A stretch of DNA of 64,000 bases from Leucoraja ocellata (GCA_036785375.1 JAWMAR010000053.1:4588001-4652000); one strand, 5' to 3'. Shown: positions 26,301 to 39,625, counted from the first letter of the stretch. Notes: generated from the letters alone by a model not told the origin. Numbers and translations are program-made.

Positions 26301-28439
26301 TCCGTGTTTATGCAGAAAATATTGCAGGCATTGGCAGAGCCAGTAAAGCTTCTGAAACTGTTGCAGCAAGAGATCCATGTGACTCTCCAGGTCAACCCGC
26401 CGTAACAAATATTACCAGAACCTCTGTTTCACTTTCTTGGACTAAGCCGGAATATGATGGTGGTGCTAAAGTTACTGGTTATATTATTGAATCCAAGCAG
26501 CTACCTGATGGACGCTGGCTTAAATGTAACTTTACCAACATCCAAGAAACATATTTTGATGTTACTGGTCTTACTGAAGATCAACGCTATGAGTTCCATA
26601 TTATTGCAAAGAATGCTGCAGGACTATTCAGTGAACCATCTGAATCAACAGGGCCCATTACTGTAAAGGATGATATGGAAGCCCCAAGAATTATGATGGA
26701 TGCCAAATTTAGAGAGATTATTGTGAAGGCAGGTGACACTGTTAAGTTTAATGCAGATATAGCTGGCCGTCCTCTTCCGGTGATATCATGGACAAAGGAT
26801 GGTAAAGAACTTGAAGGACATGCTAGAGTTGAAATCCAGTCAACGGACAACAGCACTGCAGTTGTCATTAAGGACTGCATTAGAAGAGACTCAGGACAAT
26901 ATGTCATAACATTGCAGAATGTAGCAGGAACAAGATCCCTAGCTGTTAACTGTAAGGTACTGGACAGACCAGGCCCACCTGCTGGTCCTTTGGAAATAAC
27001 TGGCTGCACATCTGAAAAGTGTTCATTGTCATGGGCACCACCTCAAGAGAATGGAGGAGCAGAAATTGATCACTATATTGTAGAAAAACGAGAAACAAGT
27101 CGTCTTGCTTGGACATGCATAACGGATAACTCACCTACAACATCTTGTAAGGTAACTAAACTGCTTCCAGGCAATGAGTATGTTTTCAGAGTAATGGGAG
27201 TCAACAAGTTTGGAGTCGGTGAAGTCTTGGAGAGTGAACCTGTAAAAGCTGTAGATCCATTCACAGTTCCCAGTGCACCAAAATCAATTGAAATTAGCAA
27301 TGTCACAAAGAATTCTATGACTATCTGCTGGGGAAGACCTGAGAGTGATGGTGGAAATTCAATTGCTGGATATGTTATTGAGAAGCGTGAAAAGACAGGT
27401 TTACGCTGGACTCGAGTCACTAAGAAACCTGTGTATGATCTAAGAGTAAAAGCAGCAGGACTTCGTGAAGGTGCTGAATATGAATATCGTGTTTATGCAG
27501 AAAATGCTGCAGGACTCAGTCTTCCAAGTGAACCATCAACGTTGGTCTGTGCAAAAGATCCAGTTTTCTTACCTTCTCCACCATCCAGACCAAAAATTAT
27601 TGATTCAACAAAGGCAAGCATTACTGTTAGCTGGAAAAAGCCATTGTTTGACGGTGGATCACCAGTGACGGGATACACTGTAGAGTATAAAATGTCTGAC
27701 GACACTGAATGGACTACCGCAGTTCAGAATTTGAAGGGCACTGAGTATACGGTGCATGGACTTACATCTGGAGCAGAGTATATTTTCTGTATAAGATCCA
27801 TTAACAAAGTTGGTGCCAGTGATCCAAGTGAAATATCAGAGCCACAAATTGCTAAAGAAAGAGAAGAGGAACCTGCATTTGATGTTGATAATGAAATGCG
27901 TAAAACGTTGATTGTCAAGGCTGGAAGTTCCTTTACATTAACTGTACCTTTTAGCGGAAAGCCAGTACCTAATGTTATGTGGAGCAAAACTGATGTAGAT
28001 CTCCGGGTAAGAGGAAATATAGAGACTAGTGATACAAAAACATCGCTGACAATCGAAAAAGCAACAAGGAATGACTGTGGTAAATACACAGTAACATTGC
28101 AGAACGTCTTAGCCACTGCCACACTGACAATGGTTGTCAAAGTTCTGGATTCACCTGGACCTCCTGGTGCTATTACTGTCAAAGAAGTTACCAAAGAATC
28201 TGTAACACTGGCCTGGGATGTTCCAGAAAATGAAGGAGGTGCTCGTGTGAAGACATATCATATTGAAAAGCATGAAGCTAGTAAGAAGGCATGGGTCACT
28301 GTGACAAACAACTGTCAGAGACTTACTTACAAAGTCAGTGACTTGCAAGAAGGAGGCATTTACTATTTCCGTGTCCGGGGAGAAAATGAGTTTGGCATTG
28401 GCGTACCTGTTGAGGCCAAGGAAGGAGTTAAAATAACAG
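11334..28439 (+). CDS. TTN: Titin giant A-band exon (A64-A121, about 58 domains; counterpart of human exon 326), 17,106 nt
   Basis: tacag|ATGTG ... ACAG|gtaatt inside the 5750-aa ORF; super-repeat-initial Ig domains recur about every 3.25 kb (~11640, 14900, 18140, 21385, 24635, 27870). Confidence 0.97.
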
Positions 28440-29479
28440 GTAATTTATCCATTTATTATTGTCACTTTAATATTTTAATTACGTTATTGAACAATGTATT
28501 GTGGCATAATCGCATAACGTTCTTTAGAATTACCAATGGAATTTTTGTGTAATTTTGCACATTTTAACTTAGCTTTTTCCATGAAGTCATTGCAAGATTA
28601 CAATGAATGATCTGCTAAATGAAAAAAATAGCAGCTTCCTTAAATATAAATATGACAGAACAATTATTGTAGTGATCAATAGGGGTTAAAAAAATAATCA
28701 GCCCATACTGAGTTTCAGCTGTGAATGTGCTAATGTGGCCTCAATATTTGTAGGACTAAGTGGCAAAAGCAATCAAAAACTATGCATTGGATCTCATTAA
28801 TCGTAATTGGTGATCTGTCAGTATTTGGTGAGCCTCCACAAACAGCCTGCCTGCCTGAAGAAAATGAATCACATTCCATTTATGCTCAAAGTAATCCTGA
28901 AAGGAAAGAGGAAGATCAACCTAGTGTTTAGGAGGATGCAAAATGGGTGCCAAAGCAAAATGGGTGCAAAAGAGCATGCTGAGATTGGGACATTAATCAG
29001 TACACCTCTCCTGCTTCTGACACAGCACCAATGTTTTACCAATTTCTTGAACAAAAAATAGTTGGTGGTATTCAATCAATCCCAGTTTCCATTAAATTAT
29101 CAAGATTGGAGCAGTCTTTCACTGACTCTATAGTTATGATACATAGCTTCAAAGAGAGGGCTGATTCGGGCATGAGGATTCCAATTTATTTCTGTAAGGG
29201 ATATAATGTTTTGTACTGCCAGAGACATTTCCTTAAATGGCTGACCTCATCAGAATATATGTTCTGCTCCGTTTCAGCGATAGGATATAGAATCAGACTT
29301 ATTGCAACTTTGAAGATGATTATTAGGCCCAATAAATGTGTGCCGGCTATTTGCATGCACATCCATGGCAAATCCAACTTTTTTCCCAGCAATTTATCTC
29401 TCTGTCAAATAGCTTTCCAATGCCGGTTTGAAAGTGAAATGCAGGTTGTGACAAATCACATTGTGAACACGCTTTTCCC

Positions 29480-29760
29480 AATGTCATCCCTAGTTCTTTC
29501 ACTAATCACTGTAAATCTGGTTGTCAATTCTTCAACCAATGGAAATATTTCTGATTCATTCATTTTACCTGAGCCCATAACAATTTTGAATACCTCTATT
29601 AAATAACCTCTCTGCCTTCAGTGTTCGAAGGGGAAAAAAGTTAGCTTCTCAAGTCTAGCTATTATCAACTAAGTTCCCACATCCTCTCTACTAATTTTTT
29701 TCTGCACCATCTCTGGCAATTTCACGTTCTTCCCATTGTACTGAATACTGTAGTTATGGC
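29480..29760 (-). mobile_element. Degraded CR1 ORF2 fragment, antisense
   Basis: caattttgaatacctctattaaataacctctc reverse-translates to an RG.LIEVFKI-like motif; boundaries approximate. Confidence 0.55.
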
Positions 29761-30060
29761 AAAATCAGTGCTTTACAGAGGTTCACCAATACCTTTTTAC
29801 ATAGGCTTAAGGATACATATGTTTTAGTCTGGGGGAGATTCTCTTTTCTCATTCCTAATATGATACCCTCTCAGTCTTTACCAACTCATTAAATTGAGAT
29901 ATCAAGTTATTACACAGTGTAAATAACATGGAGGAAGTAAATATTTTGATTTAAGTAGAGAAGCCAAAGCACATGGCCAAAATTCAGTTAAAGAATATTT
30001 TGACATTTTTATTTTCATTATTCTTAATATGCTTTAAAAATGTATTATACTTTTTTTCAG

Positions 30061-30357
30061 AGAAACCAAGCCCACCTGAGCGACTTGGAGTAACAAATGT
30101 CACCAAAGATAGCGTTTCACTTGCATGGTCAAAGCCTGAACATGATGGAGGCAGTAGGATCACAAGCTATTTTATAGAAGCTCTTGAAAAAGGCCAACAA
30201 AAGTGGATTAAATGTGCTGTTGTGAAGACTACATATCATGTTATACATGGTTTGAAACAAAATGCTGACTATTTCTTTAGAGTTTCTGCTGAAAACCAGG
30301 CTGGCCTAAGTGACCCAAAGGAAATGGTTCTACCAGTAACAGTTAAAGAACAACTTG
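30061..30357 (+). CDS. TTN: Titin exon, Fn3 (A122), 297 nt
   Basis: ttcag|AGAAA ... CTTG|gtaatt. Confidence 0.95.
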
Positions 30358-30504
30358 GTAATTATTTTTCATATTATAATGATAACAATCTGTAGTGTGA
30401 GTATCTCTAATTAATGTTGGTCACTTTTAGTTCAATAGCACTTTGAGCTTGAGGATTTATTCATTGAATCAAGAATACTATATATTTTTTCACGTTATTT
30501 TCAG

Positions 30505-31092
30505 AATCACCCGAAATTGACATGAAGAACTACCCACGCAACACTGTTTATGTTCGAGCTGGATCCAACCTAAAATTTGAAATCCCAATTTCTGGCAAGC
30601 CACAGCCTAACATATCTTGGTCCAAAGATGGCATTTGTGTGAAGTCATCCATGCGATTTAACACTGAAATGACTGCAGAAAGCATGATTGTGAACTTGAA
30701 AGAAAGTGTTGCCAGTGACTCTGGTCACTACGAAATTACTGCTTCTAACTCCAGTGGAACAACAAAGTCATTCATTAATATCGTAGTGCTGGACAGGCCT
30801 GGCCCTCCAGTGGGCCCTGTAAACATTAGTGATGTTACTGAAAATAGTGTGGCATTGAGATGGCAACCACCAACATATGATGGTGGCAGTCAGGTAACAA
30901 ATTACATTGTTTTGAAAAGAGAAACCAGCACAGCTGCTTGGTCAGAAGTATCTGCTGCTGCAGCAAGAAGTTTAATCAAAGTCATGAAGCTGACTACTGG
31001 AGAGGAATACCAGTTCCGCATCAAAGCTGAGAACCGTTATGGAATCAGTGATCATATTGACTCCACTTGTGTAACAGTCAAGTTGCCATATA
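30505..31092 (+). CDS. TTN: Titin exon, Ig+Fn3 (A123-A124), 588 nt
   Basis: ttcag|AATCA ... TATA|gtaagt. Confidence 0.95.
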
Positions 31093-31195
31093 GTAAGTTG
31101 TTTGCTCTTGTTTGCATGACTATTCATCTTAGCAAATAATATTGTTAATCTTCATCTGCTCACAATGCTAACTCTATATTCCCTGTATTTTTCAG

Positions 31196-31498
31196 CAACA
31201 CCTGGTCCTCCATCAACCCCATGGGTTACTAATGTCACCAGAGAAAGTATAACAGTCGGTTGGAATGAGCCTGTTTCTGATGGTGGTAACCATGTGACTG
31301 GTTATCATTTAGAAATGAAGGACAGGAATAGCATTTTATGGCAGAGAGTTAACAAGATTATGATCCGTACAACACACTTCAAGGTCACATCTATCAGTGG
31401 TGGACTTATCTATGAATTCCGTGTATATGCAGTAAATGCTGCAGGCGTTGGAAAAGTCAGCCATCCTTCTGATCAAGTTCTAGCAATTGATGCTTGCG
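31196..31498 (+). CDS. TTN: Titin exon, Fn3 (A125), 303 nt
   Basis: ttcag|CAACA ... TGCG|gttggt. Confidence 0.93.
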
Positions 31499-31617
31499 GT
31501 TGGTATTCACTGAAATTGTGATTTGGTTCTTTTCATTTCAATGTAGAATTGCTGGTGATAAACTAGTATTTGTAAATATAATCAGATAAATAAATCTCTT
31601 TCATGTTTGTCTTTCAG

Positions 31618-31914
31618 AGTTCCCAACAAATGTACGTGTAACAGATGTTTCAAAGACCTCTGTAAGCCTCAGCTGGAAAAAACCATCTTATGATGGTGGC
31701 AGCAAGATTACCGGATACATTGTTGAAAAACATGATTTGCCAAATGGGAGATGGACAAAGGCCAGCTTTACAAATGTTATTGAGACTCATTTCACTGTAT
31801 CAGGCTTGACTCAAGATGCACAGTACGAATTCCGTGTATTTGCGAAGAATGCTATTGGTTCAATAAGTAATCCGTCTGAGGTTGTTGGACCTGTAACCTG
31901 CCGTGATACCATTG
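31618..31914 (+). CDS. TTN: Titin exon, Fn3 (A126), 297 nt
   Basis: ttcag|AGTTC ... ATTG|gtaacc. Confidence 0.93.
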
Positions 31915-32012
31915 GTAACCGTTTTGCAACTTACTCTATATCTGCAAATATAGGATTTTCTTTTGTGATTAATATTGCTAATAATGTTGCTGTTATTAAC
32001 TTTGCTGCTTAG

Positions 32013-32300
32013 GTGCACCCGAGGTTGACTTGCCTTTGGAGTATATGGATATTGTCAAACTTAAGGCCGATTCAGCCATAAAGATTAAAGTTGGTATCTC
32101 TGGAAAGCCTCTGCCGTCTATTGAATGGTATAAAAACGGTAAAGAACTTGAGACAAGTTCACAAGTCTTTATTGAAAACACAACAGACTCTGCAGCAGTA
32201 ATTATTAAGGATGCCAGTCGTATCAACACTGGAAGCTATGAGGTCAGGCTTAAGAACCCCTTAGGCTCAGCATCGGGAACAATCAGATTACAAGTTCTAG
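32013..32300 (+). CDS. TTN: Titin exon, Ig (A127), 288 nt
   Basis: cttag|GTGCA ... CTAG|gtatgt. Confidence 0.95.
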
Positions 32301-32391
32301 GTATGTGAATGTATTGATTATAAATTGCAGGTTATTTTTAAAACTACACTTTTTTCAGGAGTTGCATGATTTATTTGCTTCTGTTTCACAG

Positions 32392-32691
32392 ACAAACCTG
32401 GACCTTCACTTGGGCCTGTACAGTTTAAGACTGTTACAGCTGAAAAGATCACATTTACTTGGGCTGCTCCAACGGATGATGGCGGTGCCCCCGTCAGCCA
32501 CTATATTGTTGAAAAGCGTGAGACAAGTCGAGTTGTATGGTCGCTCATTTCAGAAAAGATGGAACATACTATCGTTACTGTGCATAATATCATTAGGGGC
32601 AATGAATACGTGTTCCGTATTCGGGCTGTGAATAAATATGGTGTCGGTGATCCACTGGAATCTGATGCTGTTATTGCTAAGAATGCATTTG
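32392..32691 (+). CDS. TTN: Titin exon, Fn3 (A128), 300 nt
   Basis: cacag|ACAAA ... TTTG|gtaaga. Confidence 0.95.
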
Positions 32692-32775
32692 GTAAGAAAA
32701 CAAGCACTTTTTTTTCTTCAATGAATGCTCTTCCTAATTGTTACATGAAGGTTAATTTAAGAACTTTTTTAATAG

Positions 32776-33078
32776 TTACACCCGGGCAGCCATCATTGCC
32801 AGAAGCTTCCATGATAACTAAACAAACAATGACTATAAGCTGGAAGAGACCGACTGTCGATGGTGGCAATGAAATCAGTGGCTACATCTTGGAAAGACGC
32901 GAGAAAAAGAGTCTACGATGGTTTAAGGTTACTAAGGAATCTATCCGTGATACCAGGCAAAAGGTTTCTGGGCTTGCAGAAGGAAATGAATATCAGTACC
33001 AAGTGTGTGCTATCAATGCAGCAGGCGAGGGTCCATATTCTGATCCATCTGATTTCTACAAGGCTGCTGATCCAATTG
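32776..33078 (+). CDS. TTN: Titin exon, Fn3 (A129), 303 nt
   Basis: aatag|TTACA ... ATTG|gtatgg. Confidence 0.93.
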
Positions 33079-33173
33079 GTATGGAAAATTCATGGAAAAT
33101 TTGCAAAAGATTAAGCAATATGTATCAATATTTTACGGTTAATTCTTTCAAATATTCTCTTTCTTATATCTAG

Positions 33174-33479
33174 ATCAACCTGGTCAACCAACCAAACTGA
33201 AGATTGTGGACAGCACTAAATCTTCCATCACTCTTGGCTGGGTTAAACCTGTCTATGACGGAGGAAGTGCAATAACAAGCTATGTTGTTGAAATGAGGGA
33301 AGCTGATGAAGAACAATGGACAGTAATTACTTCTAAGGGAGAAGTCAGGACAACAGAATATGTTGTGTACCACTTGACACATGGCGTAAACTACTACTTC
33401 CGTGTCTGCGCAGTTAATATTGCAGGACAAGGGGAACCAATTGAAATGGTGGAACCTGCACAGGCTAAAGACATACTAG
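33174..33479 (+). CDS. TTN: Titin exon, Fn3 (A130), 306 nt
   Basis: tctag|ATCAA ... CTAG|gtaagt. Confidence 0.95.
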
Positions 33480-33566
33480 GTAAGTCTATGATATGTAGAA
33501 TGCCTTAATTACAATTAGCACGTGTATATATTAGATCCTGATATATATTTACATTTCCTTCTACAG

Positions 33567-35333
33567 AGGAACCAGAGATTGATCTTGATGTTGCACTCAG
33601 GACTTCCATAACTGCAAAAACAGGAGAAAATGTAGAAATTATGATACCTTTCAAAGGTCGACCTCATCCAAATGTTACCTGGAGAAAGGGTGAGAAAAAT
33701 ATCAACGATGATGAAAGATACACCATCCACAATACTGAGTCATCTACCCTTCTCAATATTACTGAGATCAACCGTGAAGATACTGGCAAATACGTTTTGA
33801 CAATTGAAAATGGTGTTGGAGTACCCAAATCAACATTTGTAAATGTGAAAGTCCTTGCATCTCCTGGACCTTGTCAGAAGTTGCATGTTAAGCATGTGAC
33901 CAGAGGTACAATCACATTAGTTTGGGAACCACCTCTTATTAATGGTGGTGCTGAAATTACCAATTATGTTATTGAAAAACGAGATGCAACAAAACGAGCC
34001 TGGTCTGGTGTTACAACCAAATGTTCCAGCACAACCTTTAAAATCACCAACTTGTCAGAAAAGTGCTCATTCTTTTTCCGAGTAATAGCAGAGAATGAGA
34101 ATGGAATGGGTGAGCCATGTGACACTGCAGAACCAGTGAAAGCCACTGAGGTACCAGGGCCTGTCAAGGATCTTATGATGAAAGACTCAACAAAATCTTC
34201 TGTCGTGTTACAATGGAACAAGCCTGACTATGATGGAGGCAGCATAATTACAGAATATGTAATCGAAAAGAAATTGAAAGAGGAACAAGAGTGGTGTCAC
34301 GCTGGGATTTCCAAAGTCTGTACTTTTGAAGTTACTAAATTAAAGGAGTTAACAGTAATTGAATTCCGAGTCTTTGCAAAGAATGAAAAAGGATTAAGTG
34401 ATAGTGTTATTACTGCACCTATCACTGTGAAAGATTACGTCATTACACCTGAAGCTGACTTATCTGAAATAGCAGGAGGACAAATTAAAGTAAGAATTGG
34501 TCACAATGTTCACGTTGATCTTCCATATAAGGGTAAACCTCGACCAAGTATCAAATGGGAGAAAGACAACATTCCATTAAAAGAAAGTGAACAAGTCCGG
34601 TACACAAAAGCAGAAGACAAACTTACATTAAGTATTAAGAATGTCAAGAAAGAACATGGTGGAAAGTACACCTTGATTCTTGATAATGCAGTTTCAAGAA
34701 AGTCATTCAGCTTTACCATAATTACTCTTGGCCCTCCTTCGAAGCCGAAAGGGCCAATTAGATTTGATGAAATCAAATCTGAAAGTGTCGTAATTTCATG
34801 GGATGCACCTGACGATGATGGAGGAAGTGAAATTACGAACTACAGTATTGAAAAACGTGAAACTTCACAAACCAATTGGAAAGTGGTTTGTTCCAGTGCA
34901 GCCAGGGAAACCTTTAAAGTTACCAAACTGGTTAAAGATCTAGAATATCAATTTAGAATTTATGCTGAAAATAGATATGGAGTAAGTCTTCCACTGAATT
35001 CAATGGCTGTTATAGCAAAACATCAGTACAGACTTCCTGGACCCCCTGGAAAGCCTGTTGTGTACAATATCACTTGTGATGCTATGACAATCTCATGGGA
35101 TGCACCTTTATATGATGGTGGTTCAGAAATCACTGGATATCATGTTGAGAAGAAAGAAAGGAACAGCATCTTATGGCAAAAAATCAACAAAGTACCTATT
35201 TCTAACAAAGAATACAGAATATTAGGACTTATTGAAGGCCTGGACTATCAGTTCCGAGTTTATTCTGAAAACAGTGTTGGATTGAGCACAGTTAGTGAAG
35301 CAAGCAAATTCACGTTGGCTGTCTCACCAGTTG
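33567..35333 (+). CDS. TTN: Titin exon, six domains (A131-A136), 1767 nt
   Basis: tacag|AGGAA ... GTTG|gtaagt; Ig-Fn-Fn-Ig-Fn-Fn. Confidence 0.96.
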
Positions 35334-35451
35334 GTAAGTAATTTCTTTCCTCAAACATACAAGTATTCTACTTGTATTAAAGCATAATAGTTGATGTTGA
35401 TGATTGATTGGATTTCTCTTTACGTGACTACTTGCAAAATTATTTCATCAG

Positions 35452-35745
35452 ATCCACCTGGTACACCAGATTACATCGATGTGACAAGAGATACTATAAC
35501 ACTTAAGTGGGAACCACCAACTCGTGACGGTGGAAGTAAAATTGTGGCATATAGTGTTGAAAAGCGGCAAGGTGGAGCTCGTTGGTTGAGGTGCAACTTT
35601 ATTGATATTTCTGAATGCCAATATACAGTGTCAGGCCTTAGCCCTGGTGATCGTTATGAATTCCGCATAATTGCTAGAAACGCTGTTGGAACAGTCAGTC
35701 CACCATCTCAGTCATCAGGCAATATTATGACAAGGGATGAAAGCA
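35452..35745 (+). CDS. TTN: Titin exon, Fn3 (A137), 294 nt
   Basis: atcag|ATCCA ... AGCA|gtaagt. Confidence 0.95.
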
Positions 35746-35846
35746 GTAAGTACATCTAAAAGCTAAATAGTTAGCATATGTATTGTTTATACTTGTAATG
35801 CCTTTGAAGCATCGACCTGGCAATCACTCATCTGTTTCTTTCATAG

Positions 35847-36134
35847 TATCACCATCAATTGAATTTGGTGCTGAACATTTTGAAGGTGTGACAGTAAAAT
35901 CTGGTGAGAGTATGCGACTTAAGGTACATATCAAAGGCCGCCCATTACCTCAAGTAACCTGGTACAAAGATGGAAAGGAGATTGAGAAGAAATTGATGGT
36001 GGATATCACCAACGTTATTGGGTCCAGTTCCATCTTTGTCAGAGACTGCAACCGAGATCATCGTGGCATATATACTGTGGAAGCCAAGAATGCATCAGGC
36101 ATCCAGAGGGCTGACATTCATGTTAGAGTTCACG
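35847..36134 (+). CDS. TTN: Titin exon, Ig (A138), 288 nt
   Basis: catag|TATCA ... CACG|gtaatt. Confidence 0.95.
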
Positions 36135-36249
36135 GTAATTAGAAGTCATTGGCAACTTATGTACTCTTTATAATTGTTCAGTTTAATGTTTTGGTAATTT
36201 TAATATTTTACTTCACTTGCTGGGCACTAACATTTCTGGTTTTCCTCAG

Positions 36250-36549
36250 ACACTCCGGGACCACCAATTGGACCAATTCGATTTACCAACATCACTGGAG
36301 AGAAGCTGACATTGTGGTGGATGCCACCAGAAAATGACGGATGTGCTGTCATTAGCAATTATGTAATAGAAAAGCGTGAGACCAGTCGACTTACATGGGC
36401 TTTGGTCAACGATAATTGTGAAGCCTGTTCTTATACAGTCACCAAGTTAATCAAGGGGAACGAGTACCAGTTCCGAATTTCAACAGTCAACAAATTTGGC
36501 ACTGGCAGACCAATAGATTCAGAGCCAGTTATTGCACAGATACAATACA
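36250..36549 (+). CDS. TTN: Titin exon, Fn3 (A139), 300 nt
   Basis: ctcag|ACACT ... TACA|gtatgt. Confidence 0.95.
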
Positions 36550-36661
36550 GTATGTATTTTTCAGAATTTGTAATTGATGTTCCAATCTTTTATCAAACAT
36601 TTGCCAGTCTTTACGTGCCCAAACAGTGCTACTTAATTAACTTGCTTTTGTTGTTTCACAG

Positions 36662-38725
36662 CTGTGCCAGATGCACCTGGAACACCAGAACCAACCCATG
36701 TTTCAGGTCAAACTATTACCCTTACTTGGTCAAGACCAAAATCAGACGGAGGGAATGAAATTACACATTACATTCTTGAACGACGTGAGAAGAAGAGTCT
36801 GCGCTGGGTCAAAGTTTCCAGCAAAAGACCGATTACTGAAAACCGGTTCAAAGTGACGAACCTCACAGAAGGAAACGAATATGAATTCCATGTCATGGCA
36901 GAAAATAAAGCTGGAGCGGGCCCCTCAAGTGATATTTCTAGACTTATTAAGTGTAGAGAACCAGTAAACCCACCAGGTGCACCCACCATTGTTAGAGTCA
37001 CAGATACAACAAAGACATCTGTAAGCTTAGAATGGACTAAGCCTGTCTTTGACGGAGGCATGGAAATTATTGGCTACATAATTGAAAAGTGCAAAGCCAG
37101 TCTTGGAGATTGGCATAAGGTTAACGTTGAAGCATGTGTCAATACCAAATACACAGTTACTGATTTGGAACCTGGTGAAGAGTACAAATTCCGTATCTGT
37201 GCTGTTAATGGGGCAGGAAAAGGAGATAGCTGCGAACTTGTTGGGTCAGTACATGCTACAGATAGGTTAACAGCACCAGAAATTGAGACTGATGCCAATT
37301 TCAAACAAATACATATTGTTAAAGCTGGCAATACCATTCAGCTGCATATTGCCTTCCAAGGTAGGCCAGTTCCAATTGCCACTTGGAAGAAAGCAGATTC
37401 ATCCATTGGAGTACATGTTCACATTAATACAACAGATAGGAACAGTACATTAACAATAGAGAACTGCGATAGATACGATGCTGGGAAATATACTCTTACT
37501 GTCGAAAACAGCATTGGCAGCAAGTCTATAACTTTCACCGTTAAAGTACAAGACACTCCAGGTCCACCAGGACCAATTACATTCAAAGATGTCACTCGAG
37601 GTGCAATTACGTTGATGTGGGATGCTCCCGTTCATGATGGAGGTTCCCGTGTTCGTCATTATGCAATTGAGAAGCGTGAAGCCAGTCGACGCAGCTGGCA
37701 AGAAATCAGTGGCAAATGCCCCCGACAGATCTTCAGAGCACAAGAACTTGCAGGAGTGCCATACTTTTTCCGGGTCATGGCAGAAAATGAATATGGCCTT
37801 GGTGTACCATATGAGATACCAGAACCTATTATAGCCACTGAGGAACCAGCACCACCTAAGAGACTAGATATTGTCGATACAGGCAGAACGTCTGCAATTT
37901 TAGCTTGGATGAAACCAGAGCATGATGGTGGCAGTTCAATTACTGGTTATGTAGTGGAGATGAAACAAAAAGGTTCAGATCACTGGGTTGAAGGTGGTCA
38001 AACCAAACTCCTTACACTTCAAATCGATGAACTTGTTGAAAATAAAGAGTATGAATTCCGTGTCAGAGCGAAAAATAATGCAGGTCACAGTGAACCAAGA
38101 GAGGCGTTTTCATCTGTGATTATTAAAGAACCACAGATTGAGCCGAAAGCAGATTTATCAGGAATCACCAATCAAACAATTACCTGTAAATCAGGAAGTA
38201 CCTTTACCATCGATGTACCTATTAGTGGCCGTCCTGCTCCTAAGGTGTCGTGGAAGCTTGAGGAAATGAGATTAAAGGAAACTGAAAGGGTCAGTATCAC
38301 AACGACAAAAGAGAGAACTACGTTGACTGCGAAGGACGCTATGAGAGGTGACTCAGGAAAATATTACCTAACACTTGAAAACACAGCAGGAGTCATGACA
38401 TTTGCTGTAACTGTTAATGTTATTGGACGACCAGGTCCAGTGACTGGACCTGTGAGTATCTCATCCGTCACTGCAGATTCATGCGTTTTGTCATGGGCAG
38501 AGCCTGAAGATGATGGTGGTGCTGATATCACCAACTATATTGTAGAAAAACGTGAATCTGGTACCACAACATGGCAGCTCATCAATTCCAGTGTAAAACG
38601 TACTCAGATTAAAGTTACCCACTTGACAAAGTATATGGAATACACGTTCCGTGTCTGTTCAGAGAACAGATTTGGTGTCAGCAAACCATTGGAATCAAAA
38701 CCTGTTGTTGCAGAACATCCATTTG
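36662..38725 (+). CDS. TTN: Titin exon, seven domains (A140-A146), 2064 nt
   Basis: cacag|CTGTG ... TTTG|gtaagt; Fn-Fn-Ig-Fn-Fn-Ig-Fn. Confidence 0.96.
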
Positions 38726-38818
38726 GTAAGTCAAAAAATCTAACTATTTATTGGATAATGCATATTAAGCAATGAAGCTGGAGAAAACTTACTAATTATA
38801 TATTTTTATGTCCTGCAG

Positions 38819-39121
38819 TTCCACCAAGCCCTCCAACCAGGCCAGTAGTGAATTTTGTGTCTGCTAATGCCATGTCAATCCAATGGGAAGACCCGTATCA
38901 TGATGGTGGCAGCAAAGTTACAGGCTACTGGATTGAAAAGAAAGAACGTAACAGCATTCTCTGGGTGAAAGAAAACAAAATACCATGCATTGATTGCCAT
39001 TACAAAATATCCACTCTTGTGGAAGGCTTGGAATACCAGTTTAGGGTTTATGCCATGAACGCAGCTGGCTTGAGTAAAGCAAGTGAAGCTTCTAGACTAA
39101 TAATGGCACAAGATCCTGTTG
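38819..39121 (+). CDS. TTN: Titin exon, Fn3 (A147), 303 nt
   Basis: tgcag|TTCCA ... GTTG|gtaaga. Confidence 0.95.
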
Positions 39122-39225
39122 GTAAGATCAAAAGTGAAAATGAAAGAATTCATATATTATACTTTCTATATTTGCAAATATTTACAGATTTCAATTGAAA
39201 TGTACTTTTGTTTAAATGTGTAAAG

Positions 39226-39531
39226 ATCCTCCAGGTCGACCAGAAGTAACAGATGTTACGAGATCTTCGGTTTCGATAAAATGGACTGTACCACTCCACG
39301 ATGGTGGAAGTAAAATTGTTGGATACATCGTAGATCGCAAGCCCTATAATGAAACTGGTGATGGCCGCTGGCTGAAGTGCAACTACACATCCATCTCTGA
39401 AACCTTCTACACTGTGACAGCACTAAGTGATTCGGAGGTCTATGAATTCCGCGTTTTAGCCAAGAATGCAAGTGGAGTCATTAGTACACCATCTGAATCT
39501 ACTGGACCTGTCGCTTGCAAAGATGAATATG
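39226..39531 (+). CDS. TTN: Titin exon, Fn3 (A148), 306 nt
   Basis: taaag|ATCCT (AAG acceptor) ... TATG|gtatgc; DPPGRP. Confidence 0.9.
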
Positions 39532-39625
39532 GTATGCTGGTGTCAAAAATATATCTATACATTTTCTGTTGAACAAGAAACATCTTTTTGGAAGATAATT
39601 CATTACTTTTTATTCTGATTTACAG

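Noticed and set aside
11554-28348. Many minus-strand ORFs of 60-170 aa over the giant exon and other exons
   Set aside because: Antisense shadows of titin codon usage. They recur with the super-repeat period and show no independent protein signature.
28807-29606. Intronic ORFs of 84 and 191 aa after the giant exon
   Set aside because: No Ig/Fn3 or other recognisable motif, partial overlap with an antisense CR1 remnant, and titin domain order is complete without them.
39180-39225. Stronger-looking upstream acceptor atttacag at 39187
   Set aside because: It would add 38 nt and frameshift. The AAG at 39225 restores the DPPGRP domain start.
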